A stretch of DNA of 64,000 nucleotides, from IMG/VR virus record IMGVR_UViG_3300033070_001123; one strand, given 5' to 3'. Each line of letters starts with the position of its first letter. The stretch's first letter is position 1. This document shows positions 17,430 through 28,000 of the stretch, piece by piece. The position numbers and the translations under genes were made by a program. Origin of the DNA: a virus (lineage: Duplodnaviria; Heunggongvirae; Uroviricota; Caudoviricetes). The notes under the pieces are model-generated. The model was given only the letters and a program-made list of their open reading frames with translations, was not told where the DNA came from and searched no databases.

Positions 17430-20400
17430 TTAGCCTCCGCCTCCATCATTTGTTCCTGAAGTAGTATCGTCGTTAGACACAGAAGATCCACCACCAATCG
17501 AACCTCCGCCTCCATTAGAGCCAAGAGATCCTGAGCCTCCAATAAGAGACTCTGGCAAGATACCGTCTGTGTTTAGCTCGCTACCAAAAGAACCGATGTT
17601 TGAAGACGTAGAGTTATCTGCGTCTCTTGCCCAATCCTTGTAAGAACCAAAGCTACCAAAAACAGCCTTGTTAACCAACTCGGTTGGATTCAAAAGGATA
17701 ACCCTAAAGGCAGGAACAGTAAACGGCTGCTCGCTCGTTGTACCGTCAGCATTCGTTACCTGAACAACTCTTGCGCCCTCATAAATCTGGGACAAAAATC
17801 TCTCTATACCATACAAGGTTGAAACAACATTATCCTTTGAAAAGCCCGTAAGAGCGGTTATCTGACCGTCTGAATTTCTTTCAACCGCAAGCAATTTTGT
17901 TCTACTATCTTCAAACTTAGCCTTAGCCAAATCTGCTCCAACCTTATGAGCATTTCTGTCATTATATGATGGCAAAACAAGAGAGGCTATGGCAACTGCC
18001 GGCTTCTCCGAAACGCTCATCTTATTCATTCTCTTACCGTCAATAAAAAGAGAAACAGCAGATATGTAGTTTGTGTCAGCCCAGCCGCCATACTTTGCCT
18101 TATACTTCTTGTATTGATTTGCAACAGTAATAACTGAATTAAGCTTTTGCTTAACATCAAAGCACACAAACTTCCTGAGTCTATCTTGGCTCGTACTAAA
18201 TCTATATCCTATGAACTGTTTTTCGCCATTTACATAAACTGTTGGTATGACTTCGCTTTCGTTTTCCCAATGCAAAGACAACTTACCAGGCCTATCTGAT
18301 ATGAAAAGCTTATCCTCAGAACCAACAAAAAGCCTGTTGTCTATAACATCAAGAGATGTCGCTGGCAATATTTCGTCATTTACTCTAAGTTGAGAGAAAG
18401 CCTGCTCAAAAGTAACAGTAAGGTCTGTATAAATGTCGCTATCAGAAATAGTTGCCATTAAGCCAGAATCAGTTGTTATGTAAATTCTATTATTCCATAT
18501 AACCATCTTCCTTGATATCGAAGCGTTTTCCATAACGCCAATACGCTCAAAGAACTGAGAACTAGGGGACTTCCTCCATAGCATGTAATCCGTTATCGCA
18601 AAGAGATAGCCATTCGAAGCAACAAGAGCGAATATTGGTCTCTGCTCTGTAAACTCATCGCTAAAAGTCCAAGCAACGCCGCTATTGTAAGTTTCGAAAA
18701 TACCAAGTTCATTGCTAACAATGATTCTTGATCTATCTTCGTCTCTAAGCATGGCATACGCTTCAGTGCTTCTTGGGCCAAAAATAGGAGTCTGCTGGAA
18801 AAAGAATGAACCTTGTCCAATATCCCTTCTTAACTTATATACGCCTAAATCGCTACTACAAAAAACATTTCCGTCTTCGTCTTCGCAAATGTCTCGAATA
18901 ATCTTCGCATTTTCTGCGCCAGCAACTTCAGTCCAAATACTAAAATCACCAGCCTGACCGCCTCGACCAAACAGAATGCCTCTATTTGTTGCCGCAAAAT
19001 ACGTCTGGTACTTCTCCGAGTAGAAGAACCTAAGAACAGGAGTTATTGTTTCAAATCTTCTGTCCCAAGAAACACCAAAATTCTCGCTTGTATAAATACC
19101 ATCACTCGTTCCTGCAATCAAAACATCAGAATCGCCATGAGCCTGCATAATACAATAGAAAACAATTCCGTCTCCAAGGTCTTCTTCTCCATCAACAGGA
19201 GCATAGCGATAACCGTCGTCAATAGTTAGAGTGCTTATTTGAACAGGCTCAAGTCTTTCCTTAATTCTTCCACCATGATTTATAGAAGGAATCTGAACCT
19301 TCTCAAAAACTCCAACACCAACCTGCTGAGCGCTAACGCCGTTTATTCTACTCTTAGGAAGAATATTCTGAACTTCTTCAAGATTTGAAAACCTAACTTC
19401 AACAGTTGGAGGTTCAGAGAAAGGAAAGGTTTGTTCCGTTAACTCAAAACCTGTAGCAGCAAGACGAATCTCAAAAGTTAAAGACCCCTCAGCCTTGTTG
19501 AGAGAAAACAAAACGCCATAGCTTGACGCTTCTTCTCCATTTAGATAAACCGAATACACTGTTGTTTCTGAAATATCAGTTTCAGTAGTATGTGTTTGAT
19601 TGTCCGAAGTCTGCCAGTCAGAAACGGTAATAATGTCGCTAAGGTTTATTCTTCTGTCGTTTTCTTCGTCTATATATTCATGCTTATGAAGTGCAAGTCT
19701 ATTTATTGTTTCTGTTCTTACAGGATCTTCTAGCTTAGCAATATTTCTAACATTAGAAAGATCAAACTCCGAAACACCATTTTCGGTTATAACCTTGCCA
19801 AGCAGAATTGCATTACTAACTTGTATATTACTTTCTGTAACAAACAAATCAGCTTCGTTCCTAAACTTACGAACAATGTAATACGCTTTACCCGTTTTTG
19901 TTAGAGCATTGGCGTCAACATAATAAGTTACAGCAGGCAAAACTGTAGCTATAAGCTGGAAAGAAAACTTGTTACCTATAGATCTGTATATCTCATAACC
20001 GTCAAATTGCCCTGCTGTTGGCTGCCAAGTTAGTTGAACATTTTGTCCATTCAAAGAATAAGATAAAGCCGCTGGAGGGTTCAATGTTGTTGAAGACGTT
20101 GGCCTCAAAGTTATAAGAGCATAATTGATATAACTATCATCAATTGGGTTCAAAGATTCTTGACCAAACAAATCAACTGTTGTTACAAAGTAGATATAGG
20201 TTGTTTCGTTTTCGACCTCATAATCTGTATACGAAAATGTTGTTGCAGAAACGGTCTCAATCAGAGAAAAATCACCAGGCTCAATCGAGACGGTATCGAG
20301 CGCTCTATAAACTCGATAGCCCGCAACCGCTTCAGTTGGTGCGGCGCTCCATTGAATTGTATTTTGCCTATCCGCAGCGAAACCTATCTGTTGTCTTGGA

Positions 20401-22025
20401 GGAGGTGGCTTAGGAAGATCAACAAAATCGGCAAAATCAAACGAAATTATCCTTGTCTGGCTTTGATTACCAAACTCGTCAACGCAGTATATATCAAAAC
20501 GATACCTGCTATTTGCTACTGCATAAGACGAACTTAAACTGTAAATAGTAGAACGACCAACATTGAGTTGGTCAATCAAGACCGTATCGGTAAGAGTTCC
20601 TAAATCTGTTCTTGTTATAGAGAGAACGTTATAGCTAAATATTGACTGAGAATTCTCCCATCTCAAAATAAGCGTTCTATCAGGCTTATCCGTTACAGAA
20701 AGAGACTGAACGGCTTCTGGCGCTTGAAAAGTTCTAGTAAAGTGCCGAACTCTTTTGCCTAAGCTCTTAAGACCATCGGCGTCAACATTTCTAACTGTGA
20801 TATAATACAGAGTTCTGGGTTCTATAGACTTGTAAAATGTTTGACCATTATTCTTGTAAGGAAAAACCTCAACAGAGCGATATGGAACACCCGCAAGCGT
20901 TGGAATCCAATCCGAAGTTACAACTGTTCCGTCCGATCTATACTCTTCTATCAATATTTCAGCAGCGCCGGTAAAGTTTAGATATGGATCGGTATAAGAA
21001 ATCCAAGATATATTGATACCATTCATTGAAGCTCCTGAATCAGAAGCATAATCAACTATTTTAACCTGAACAACGTCAGGAGGGCCATCTATTTCAACAG
21101 GTAAACCAAGTCTTGTAACTCCTTCAGATTCGATATCCCAACGAGTAACCGTTTTCAAAACGATTAAATATCTTTGACCATTCTCAAGACCATCAATACT
21201 AATGTCTGCTTTAGAAGAATCAACCTCATATACAGACTGATCTCCTGTTGGCATTCTTTCCTCATTTACAGGAGTCATGTAAACTCTGTATGCAAAAACA
21301 TTTCCATAAGGAGCGGAATTCCATGAAATATGCAAAACATTACTTGAGTTACCAATTCTGACATTACTTGGATTAGCAGGAACGCTCAAGTCCTTTTCGG
21401 TTATCACAAGAACAGCGGATGAAAGCGAACTTGCATTCCCGCTAAAATCATACGCTTTCACCTTGTAATAGTATATTGAGTTTTCTTCTAAATCCGTATC
21501 GCTAAACTCATTTGAGGACGTTTCTGAAATAAGAGAATAAGAGATGTTATCTCTACTCCTATATATCTCATAAACATCAAAATCAACATCTGAACTAGCT
21601 GTCCAACTTATTGTTACGGAATCAATAGACTTTGTAACAATATAAAGTCCTGATGGTTGAGCAGGAGGAGTTGAATCAACATAATCAATTGAAAGGAAAT
21701 TAGAAAAGGCGCTAATCTGCCCAATTACGCCAGGCCTCATTCTCATCCATACATATACTGTACTATTATCAAGCAATGATTTCTTGTAGTCTCCAAACGT
21801 TCTAATAATGTATCTGTCAATCATTCCCCAACCGCTCGAAACATTCAGAGTCAAAGATGACGGAGTTGACAATTCCCAGCCTTCTATGACACCAGGGCCA
21901 ATAAGGTCTGAAATAAAAGCCATATGCGAATCTATACTCATAAACCTACGAGTATCTACAATTTCAGAGTAGATATCGCCAGTTATGAATGCTTCAAGTC
22001 CAAAATGTGGTGTTCTAACAGGCAT
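17430..22025 (-). CDS. Tail fibre-like protein, 1531 aa: attachment N-domain, about 6 FN3 repeats, HKH motif, Asp-box beta-propeller, Gly/Ser tail
   Basis: DSTPPAQP..ISWTAS..YEIYRS..YYYKVKAYD type repeats; GTSDGIYTSENFGVSW; N-terminus paralogous to 45440..48982. Confidence 0.8.
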   Translation of the reverse strand: MPVRTPHFGLEAFITGDIYSEIVDTRRFMSIDSHMAFISDLIGPGVIEGWELSTPSSLTLNVSSGWGMIDRYIIRTFGDYKKSLLDNSTVYVWMRMRPGVIGQISAFSNFLSIDYVDSTPPAQPSGLYIVTKSIDSVTISWTASSDVDFDVYEIYRSRDNISYSLISETSSNEFSDTDLEENSIYYYKVKAYDFSGNASSLSSAVLVITEKDLSVPANPSNVRIGNSSNVLHISWNSAPYGNVFAYRVYMTPVNEERMPTGDQSVYEVDSSKADISIDGLENGQRYLIVLKTVTRWDIESEGVTRLGLPVEIDGPPDVVQVKIVDYASDSGASMNGINISWISYTDPYLNFTGAAEILIEEYRSDGTVVTSDWIPTLAGVPYRSVEVFPYKNNGQTFYKSIEPRTLYYITVRNVDADGLKSLGKRVRHFTRTFQAPEAVQSLSVTDKPDRTLILRWENSQSIFSYNVLSITRTDLGTLTDTVLIDQLNVGRSTIYSLSSSYAVANSRYRFDIYCVDEFGNQSQTRIISFDFADFVDLPKPPPPRQQIGFAADRQNTIQWSAAPTEAVAGYRVYRALDTVSIEPGDFSLIETVSATTFSYTDYEVENETTYIYFVTTVDLFGQESLNPIDDSYINYALITLRPTSSTTLNPPAALSYSLNGQNVQLTWQPTAGQFDGYEIYRSIGNKFSFQLIATVLPAVTYYVDANALTKTGKAYYIVRKFRNEADLFVTESNIQVSNAILLGKVITENGVSEFDLSNVRNIAKLEDPVRTETINRLALHKHEYIDEENDRRINLSDIITVSDWQTSDNQTHTTETDISETTVYSVYLNGEEASSYGVLFSLNKAEGSLTFEIRLAATGFELTEQTFPFSEPPTVEVRFSNLEEVQNILPKSRINGVSAQQVGVGVFEKVQIPSINHGGRIKERLEPVQISTLTIDDGYRYAPVDGEEDLGDGIVFYCIMQAHGDSDVLIAGTSDGIYTSENFGVSWDRRFETITPVLRFFYSEKYQTYFAATNRGILFGRGGQAGDFSIWTEVAGAENAKIIRDICEDEDGNVFCSSDLGVYKLRRDIGQGSFFFQQTPIFGPRSTEAYAMLRDEDRSRIIVSNELGIFETYNSGVAWTFSDEFTEQRPIFALVASNGYLFAITDYMLWRKSPSSQFFERIGVMENASISRKMVIWNNRIYITTDSGLMATISDSDIYTDLTVTFEQAFSQLRVNDEILPATSLDVIDNRLFVGSEDKLFISDRPGKLSLHWENESEVIPTVYVNGEKQFIGYRFSTSQDRLRKFVCFDVKQKLNSVITVANQYKKYKAKYGGWADTNYISAVSLFIDGKRMNKMSVSEKPAVAIASLVLPSYNDRNAHKVGADLAKAKFEDSRTKLLAVERNSDGQITALTGFSKDNVVSTLYGIERFLSQIYEGARVVQVTNADGTTSEQPFTVPAFRVILLNPTELVNKAVFGSFGSYKDWARDADNSTSSNIGSFGSELNTDGILPESLIGGSGSLGSNGGGGSIGGGSSVSNDDTTSGTNDGGGG

Positions 22026-25000
22026 TTAGATCTTAACTCTCATGCTGACAAATTCATTGTTCTCAAGCTCAAACATAATCGAGAAATTCTTTACTACAGG
22101 AACATCGGAATACGAACCGCAATAGACCTGAGAAGTAGCGTCATTAGCTTTGAATGTAAACGAGTTACTGTTATTTTCAAATACTTCTCCATTGAAAACG
22201 TCTATAGACAAGTAATAAGTCTTAGCGGCATCAATATTTGAAAGTAAAGGCGTATAGTTTATCGTCGCTGTTTGTCCAGGATTTAACATCTTACCAGAAA
22301 CTGGCAAAGCGAATTCGTCTGCAAACCAATTAGCGATATCATTTCCGCTAAATGCTGTATGCTTAAGATCCGTTCTTTCAGGGTCATTGTAGAACCTTAC
22401 TCTGAAATGATAAGTCTCAATGTTGGCTGTTGTGTTGGTGAAATCAAAGCTTATTGTGTCAACATAAGTTGTTCCGCATGACTGAGTAAATGAGTAGTTG
22501 TCATAAACCGTCAAGTTTTCAACCTCATTCGTCATTTCTACTTTGACATAGTAGTATGTATTGCATCGAAGAGGAGTATTTCCTATTGGAGTAAAAGACA
22601 TTGCTGTAGTATTGTTTGGTGGAAGGACTACTCCGCCGGTTGGGAATATGTCTCCATCAGAACTAAATCCAACATAAGAATCGTTACTATCAGCATAGTA
22701 AACAAGATTCGTTAGCTCTGGGTCTTCGTAGAAGCTAACCTTGAAATTACAAGTTCTTTCAAGATTATCCTCGTTCTTGAATGACCACTCGACAGCATTT
22801 AACAAAAGAGGCAACCCATACGGGCTATACTCTTCAGGAACAAGACCAGAAGCCTCAGCCTTTGTTGGAGTAATAAGTCTTACACCAACCCTAAGGCCAC
22901 TACCAACTTGAGAATCATCAGTTGTAAAGATTCTATTCTCATCAACTATCTGATACTCTGCAAAATCAGTAGAGTTATTCGTATTGATACCAAAAACAAC
23001 GTCAGCGGAAACGGGAAGCAACTTGGTCGAAGTTACTATTCCGCTCTTAACTCTGCTTGGAAGCACAAAGTTCGTAGTAAAGAAGTGCGTCGAATCGCTA
23101 GAAATGCTCTTGATTATAACATTTCTCAAAGACGGACTCAAACCTCTAACTCTACTCTTCATGACTACCTTGAATTGTATAAACTGACCAGTCAAGAATG
23201 ATATATCAGAACTCTGATCTTTACCGTCAACAGAGAATTCAAAAGCTTTATCAAGCAACTCGTCCTTTGTTGCGGCTGTCTTAACATAAACAGTAACACT
23301 TGTATTATCTGGTATGGTTGCGTCCCAGGATATCTTATCCCAAGCAACAAGATTATTTGTTCCATTGAAGATTTCGCTGAAGTATTCTCCGCTCTCCTCT
23401 TCAACTATATCAGCCGAGTAGAACCTATCATTTCCTTCTCTTATTGCAACTGCATTTCCGAATTCGTCTATTTTGAGAACTCTGTTGCGATTAATAAACG
23501 ATGCAAGATCGGATATGGAAATTTCGTCAAAGAGATTCTCATTAAGCGTTGATTGTGCATCGTCAGTGTAAAGGTTGGTTTCATTACCAGCCCTATCAAT
23601 GAGCTTCAAATAAATCCTCTTGACATTTTCAGCCCTTCCAATCTTATAGATGTAAGAGTCAGAAACAAACCAAACCGCACTATCAAGACCGCCAATAACA
23701 TCTCTAACTTGCTCATTATGAGTGTATTTTGCATTCCATACATTATCTAATGCATAAACTGTATTACCTATAGCGGCATAAAGCTTATCAGAAATAGTTC
23801 TGATAGAATGAACTGCTGAAGGAACGGTCTTGAATGAATGAACAAATGGAGAATCAGGAACCTTAGACCTCTTAATCTGTCCATTTGCTGACATTCCCGC
23901 AAATATGTATCCTTGTCCGTTTACAGTTGCCTTGCCAATACTCAAGACATTTCTATCAGCATTAACGTCAACAATCTGTTGAGTACGATTCTTAGGATCA
24001 AGCTTGTATATACGACCCTCATATCCTGTTGCCGCATAAAGCTCTCTATCAGATTCAACAAGGGAATATATAGCTCCGCTTATGTTTCTGAAAACTTCAG
24101 TTGTTGTTGTACCGTCAAAGGAATACAAAGCACCATACCCACCGCCACCGCCGCCAAAGTAGAGAACCTCGTCAAAGACAACGGCGCAGTAAGCATGAGT
24201 ATTGGAAGGAAGAGTTCGAAGCAAATCAAACTTCATAGTTGACGAGTTCATAACCCATAGCTTTCCAGAACCGTTAGGGCTACCTGTTCCAGCGTATATT
24301 CTACCCTGATACTCAATAAGGAACTCAACAGAAGCGCTTGGATTTGCAACGCCGCCAACAACATCCAAAGTATCTATGAGATCCCATGTTTGGTCAACAC
24401 CGTTGTAACGATAGACATTGGCTGGCTCGGCTGTGCCTGCCATCATTGCTTGATTTCCGCCAATAGGTTGATAGCTTAGAAGCCTACGACCCTTGCCGCT
24501 TTCAAAAGTAAACTGCCTACTTACGCTATCAAATATCTCTCCAACGTTATGAAGCAAGAATCTTGTAAAGACAATAGGCTCTAACGGAGTTTCTCCGTCT
24601 GAAGTAAAGTTAGTGAAATTGGAAACAATCATCTTGTCAATACCCGAAACGTCGTCAAAAACTCCTTCTACGTCGTCCTCAAGAGGCGATACATTAACCT
24701 CAAAGATACTTCTTTCTCTTCTTGTTCCAAGAGTAATCTTTCCTCTTGGTGGAGTTCTGTCAAGAATGATCTTATCAAACGGAAGATCGCTAACAGAGTC
24801 ATTTATCTGAAGAGTGTTTATGTCTCCGCCGGTCGAGGCAAAGATGCTTCCATTCGCCGATACAAGCCTTTCGAGTCTTGTTGCCTTATTACCAAGAGCA
24901 ATTTGCTGAGCTTTATTCTGAGCAAAAGTTCCAATCTTCTCAATATCAAAACGAACATTAACTTTGATAATGTCTGTTTCAGAAAGAGGATAGCTAAATC

Positions 25001-28000
25001 TCAGTAACTTATCGCTAGGAGAGAACGAGTACCCTCTTGTTATCTTGTTACCATTCAAGATAACTTCATATACCGTATTCTTGGAAATTACTCTGTCGTC
25101 AAGACCAACAACTCGGAATGTCTGTAGGTCATCATTTCTCTTTGGCAAAACAGCGTTAAGCGTAAAGTCCGAACTTCTAAACTTGGTTATCTCTGTTCTT
25201 TCTGTTGTAAAAGACTCTTCTGTAAAAGTTATTTGGAACAAATTATAACCCGAAGCAATCCATAGAATATTGGGATTTCTCCACCTAATAGCTTTTGCAT
25301 TTACAAAGATTGGAAGGTTTACGTCGCCAACCCCAACCTGAGTTGCAGCAGCAGGAGGGGCATTGGTGTTATCAAAATTCAACGGAGAAATTCCAACACC
25401 AATCATCTTATTGACGCCTGCTGTTGTAGCTATATACCTAATAGCTGTATTACGAATTGCTATATCGTTAATCTTATTAGAGTTAAGACCGTTTGCTGTT
25501 GTAAAGACAGAAATCTCTCCGCCGCTATAACGAATAAGACCTTCTTCGGAACCAATCCAGGCAACATTTGAAGCATCGACCTTTACGGTCGTAACCTTAT
25601 TAGTTGGCAATCCAGAATTCTGGTCAATCTTGATTATATCGTCGCCAGCAACCGCAATAGTTCTTACTGTTGTTGCATTTTCTTTTGTCAAAACAAGGCT
25701 TGAGTATATGTTGTTTAGACTAACAATGTACAGTCCCTCGCTAGAAGCAATGTACAAGTTATTAAGTCCGTCAATGTCAACACAAACAGGTTTTGCTGGC
25801 AAGTTTCCAGAAAGCTTGAAGAAGTATGAATGGTCAGAGCTTACATAAATGCCACTAGAGGTTGACAAGAACATATTAGCTTTCTTGTCAAAAGAAATTG
25901 AGTTTACAGAAAGACCTTTGATGTTGTAATTATCAGAATCAAGCAAATAAGCCTTACTCGTATCTCTGTCATAGTACATCAAACCAATTGATGTTCCAAA
26001 CCAAGAATCTCCATTGTTATTGCTTGCAACAGCCAAAACTTCAGTCTTTGGCATATTTGTCGTTGCCGAAGAAACAAGACTTATATTGAATGGATTCACA
26101 GCATCCGATAGGTAGTATCTAAGATTTCCAATAACAAATCTAGAAGCTAAGTTATCTGAGAAATCTCCAAACCTAAGCTCTTTTCTATTCAAATCGCCGT
26201 CAAGTCTTCGTTCGCCAAATAAAGCTGTTTCATGATCGGAAACATTATAATCAGGAACAAAGCTAAAATCATAAATCAAGTCTCTTACTTGACCAAAAAT
26301 GTCGTTATTATGCAATATCTCTCTTGGGCTTGAAACTTGTAAGTTTTCAAAAAGTATATGCAAGTTACCACTAAACTTAGAAGGTATATTAGGCCTAAAA
26401 GCTTCCTTAGGTAGTCCAAAATCAAAATCAACATCAAATGAAGCTGTATAAGAAGAAGGCTTGTCCTGATTGCTACTATACCAAACCTGAGAAGAAGCAT
26501 CCCACTTCAACATTGCAATAGACGGGCTTTTCAAGCTAACGTCGCTTGCTCTTGCTACATATGGGTCATAAGGCGAAACAATTTTCTCTTGTTGCTTTTC
26601 GAATACTACAAAAATATCGCCTGTTGCCGAGTTGAGTCCAGCCTTAGGATGAGTAGAGTCATAGTCGCCTGTTGTAAGTTGCAACACAGACTTTGCAAAA
26701 ACCAATCTAGGATTGATTTGCCTTCCAAAAAGCTGTATGTTGTTATCAACAGTATCTTGCCAAACAACAAAGACTTGACCTTTCAAATCAATACAAATGG
26801 TAGAGTTATCTGCTCGTACAGACCCTGTACCAGAAACAGAAAAGTCAAAGCCTCCTTGAGCCGCAGAATTCCACTTCTTTTGTCCGTCGTCATAAACAGC
26901 CATCTTGATTGACGAAGAACCGTTCCTCTCAAAAGCTGTCCAAGACATATACAAAGAAGTGTTGTTAGAAATAATAGCAGGTCTCTTTGCTCCAACAGCT
27001 TCGTTTGTAACCTGAATATCCTGCTTACCAAAGGTATTACTCTCCCATTGTCCATTTGACGCATTTCTGCGACAATAGAAAATCTGAGGCTGAGACACTC
27101 TATGATCTTCCCAAACAACGTGAGCATTATTCTTGCTATCAATAGCGATCTTTGGAGCAAACGAATCATAAAGATTTGACGTAAGCAAATATGGCTCAGA
27201 CCATCCATTCGCATTCTTTGTTATAACCGCAATATCTGTATAATCAGATCTTGTTGTTTCATAAACAACGTAGATATTTCCATAACTATCAATGGCTATA
27301 CTAGGATTGGATGAACTAAAGTCGTCAGATACAATAAGCTCCGGCTCTGACCATTCAGTGTTAGCATCATAGTAGCTATAATAGAGTTGTCTTCTATTGA
27401 TGCCCTTACCGTCGTCATGCCATACCGCATGAGTCTTTCCTGTAGAATCACAGAACACAGACGGTCTAGCCGCATTTCCTTGATTAGTTGCAGCAAGCTT
27501 TATCGTTGTTTCAGCAATCAACTTGTAAGACTGATCGCTTGCTTTCTTTCCATAAAGCTTGATTCTTGTCTTCTTTCCAACAAGTCTATAATCAGTCAAC
27601 TCAGTTGTATCATACAAGAATGATCTTTCTGTGCCTTCAAAGATAATCTCTTGAGGCAAGAACCATATATTTTCGCTACACAAACCGTCATTAACGTATA
27701 TACCCGTTCCTTTTGGCTTACCTGTATTAGACGGAGTATCACTATCCTCAAAATCATCTATTCTAAGGCTAAAGTCGATTGTCCATCCGCGAGAATTATC
27801 AACCCTTTCAAACCAAGGCGTACCCTTCTTCCTATGACAGTAGAACCACTTACCTGTAGAGTATGTTCCGTATGGACTTGGATTGTATGTATCAGTAACT
27901 TGATAATCGCCTCTAAGGGTCAAGCTAGGAAACATCGCAGTTCTTGAGACAGCATCCAATCTAGTCGCTGATTGAGAAGCAACAGAAATGTCATTTGCAA

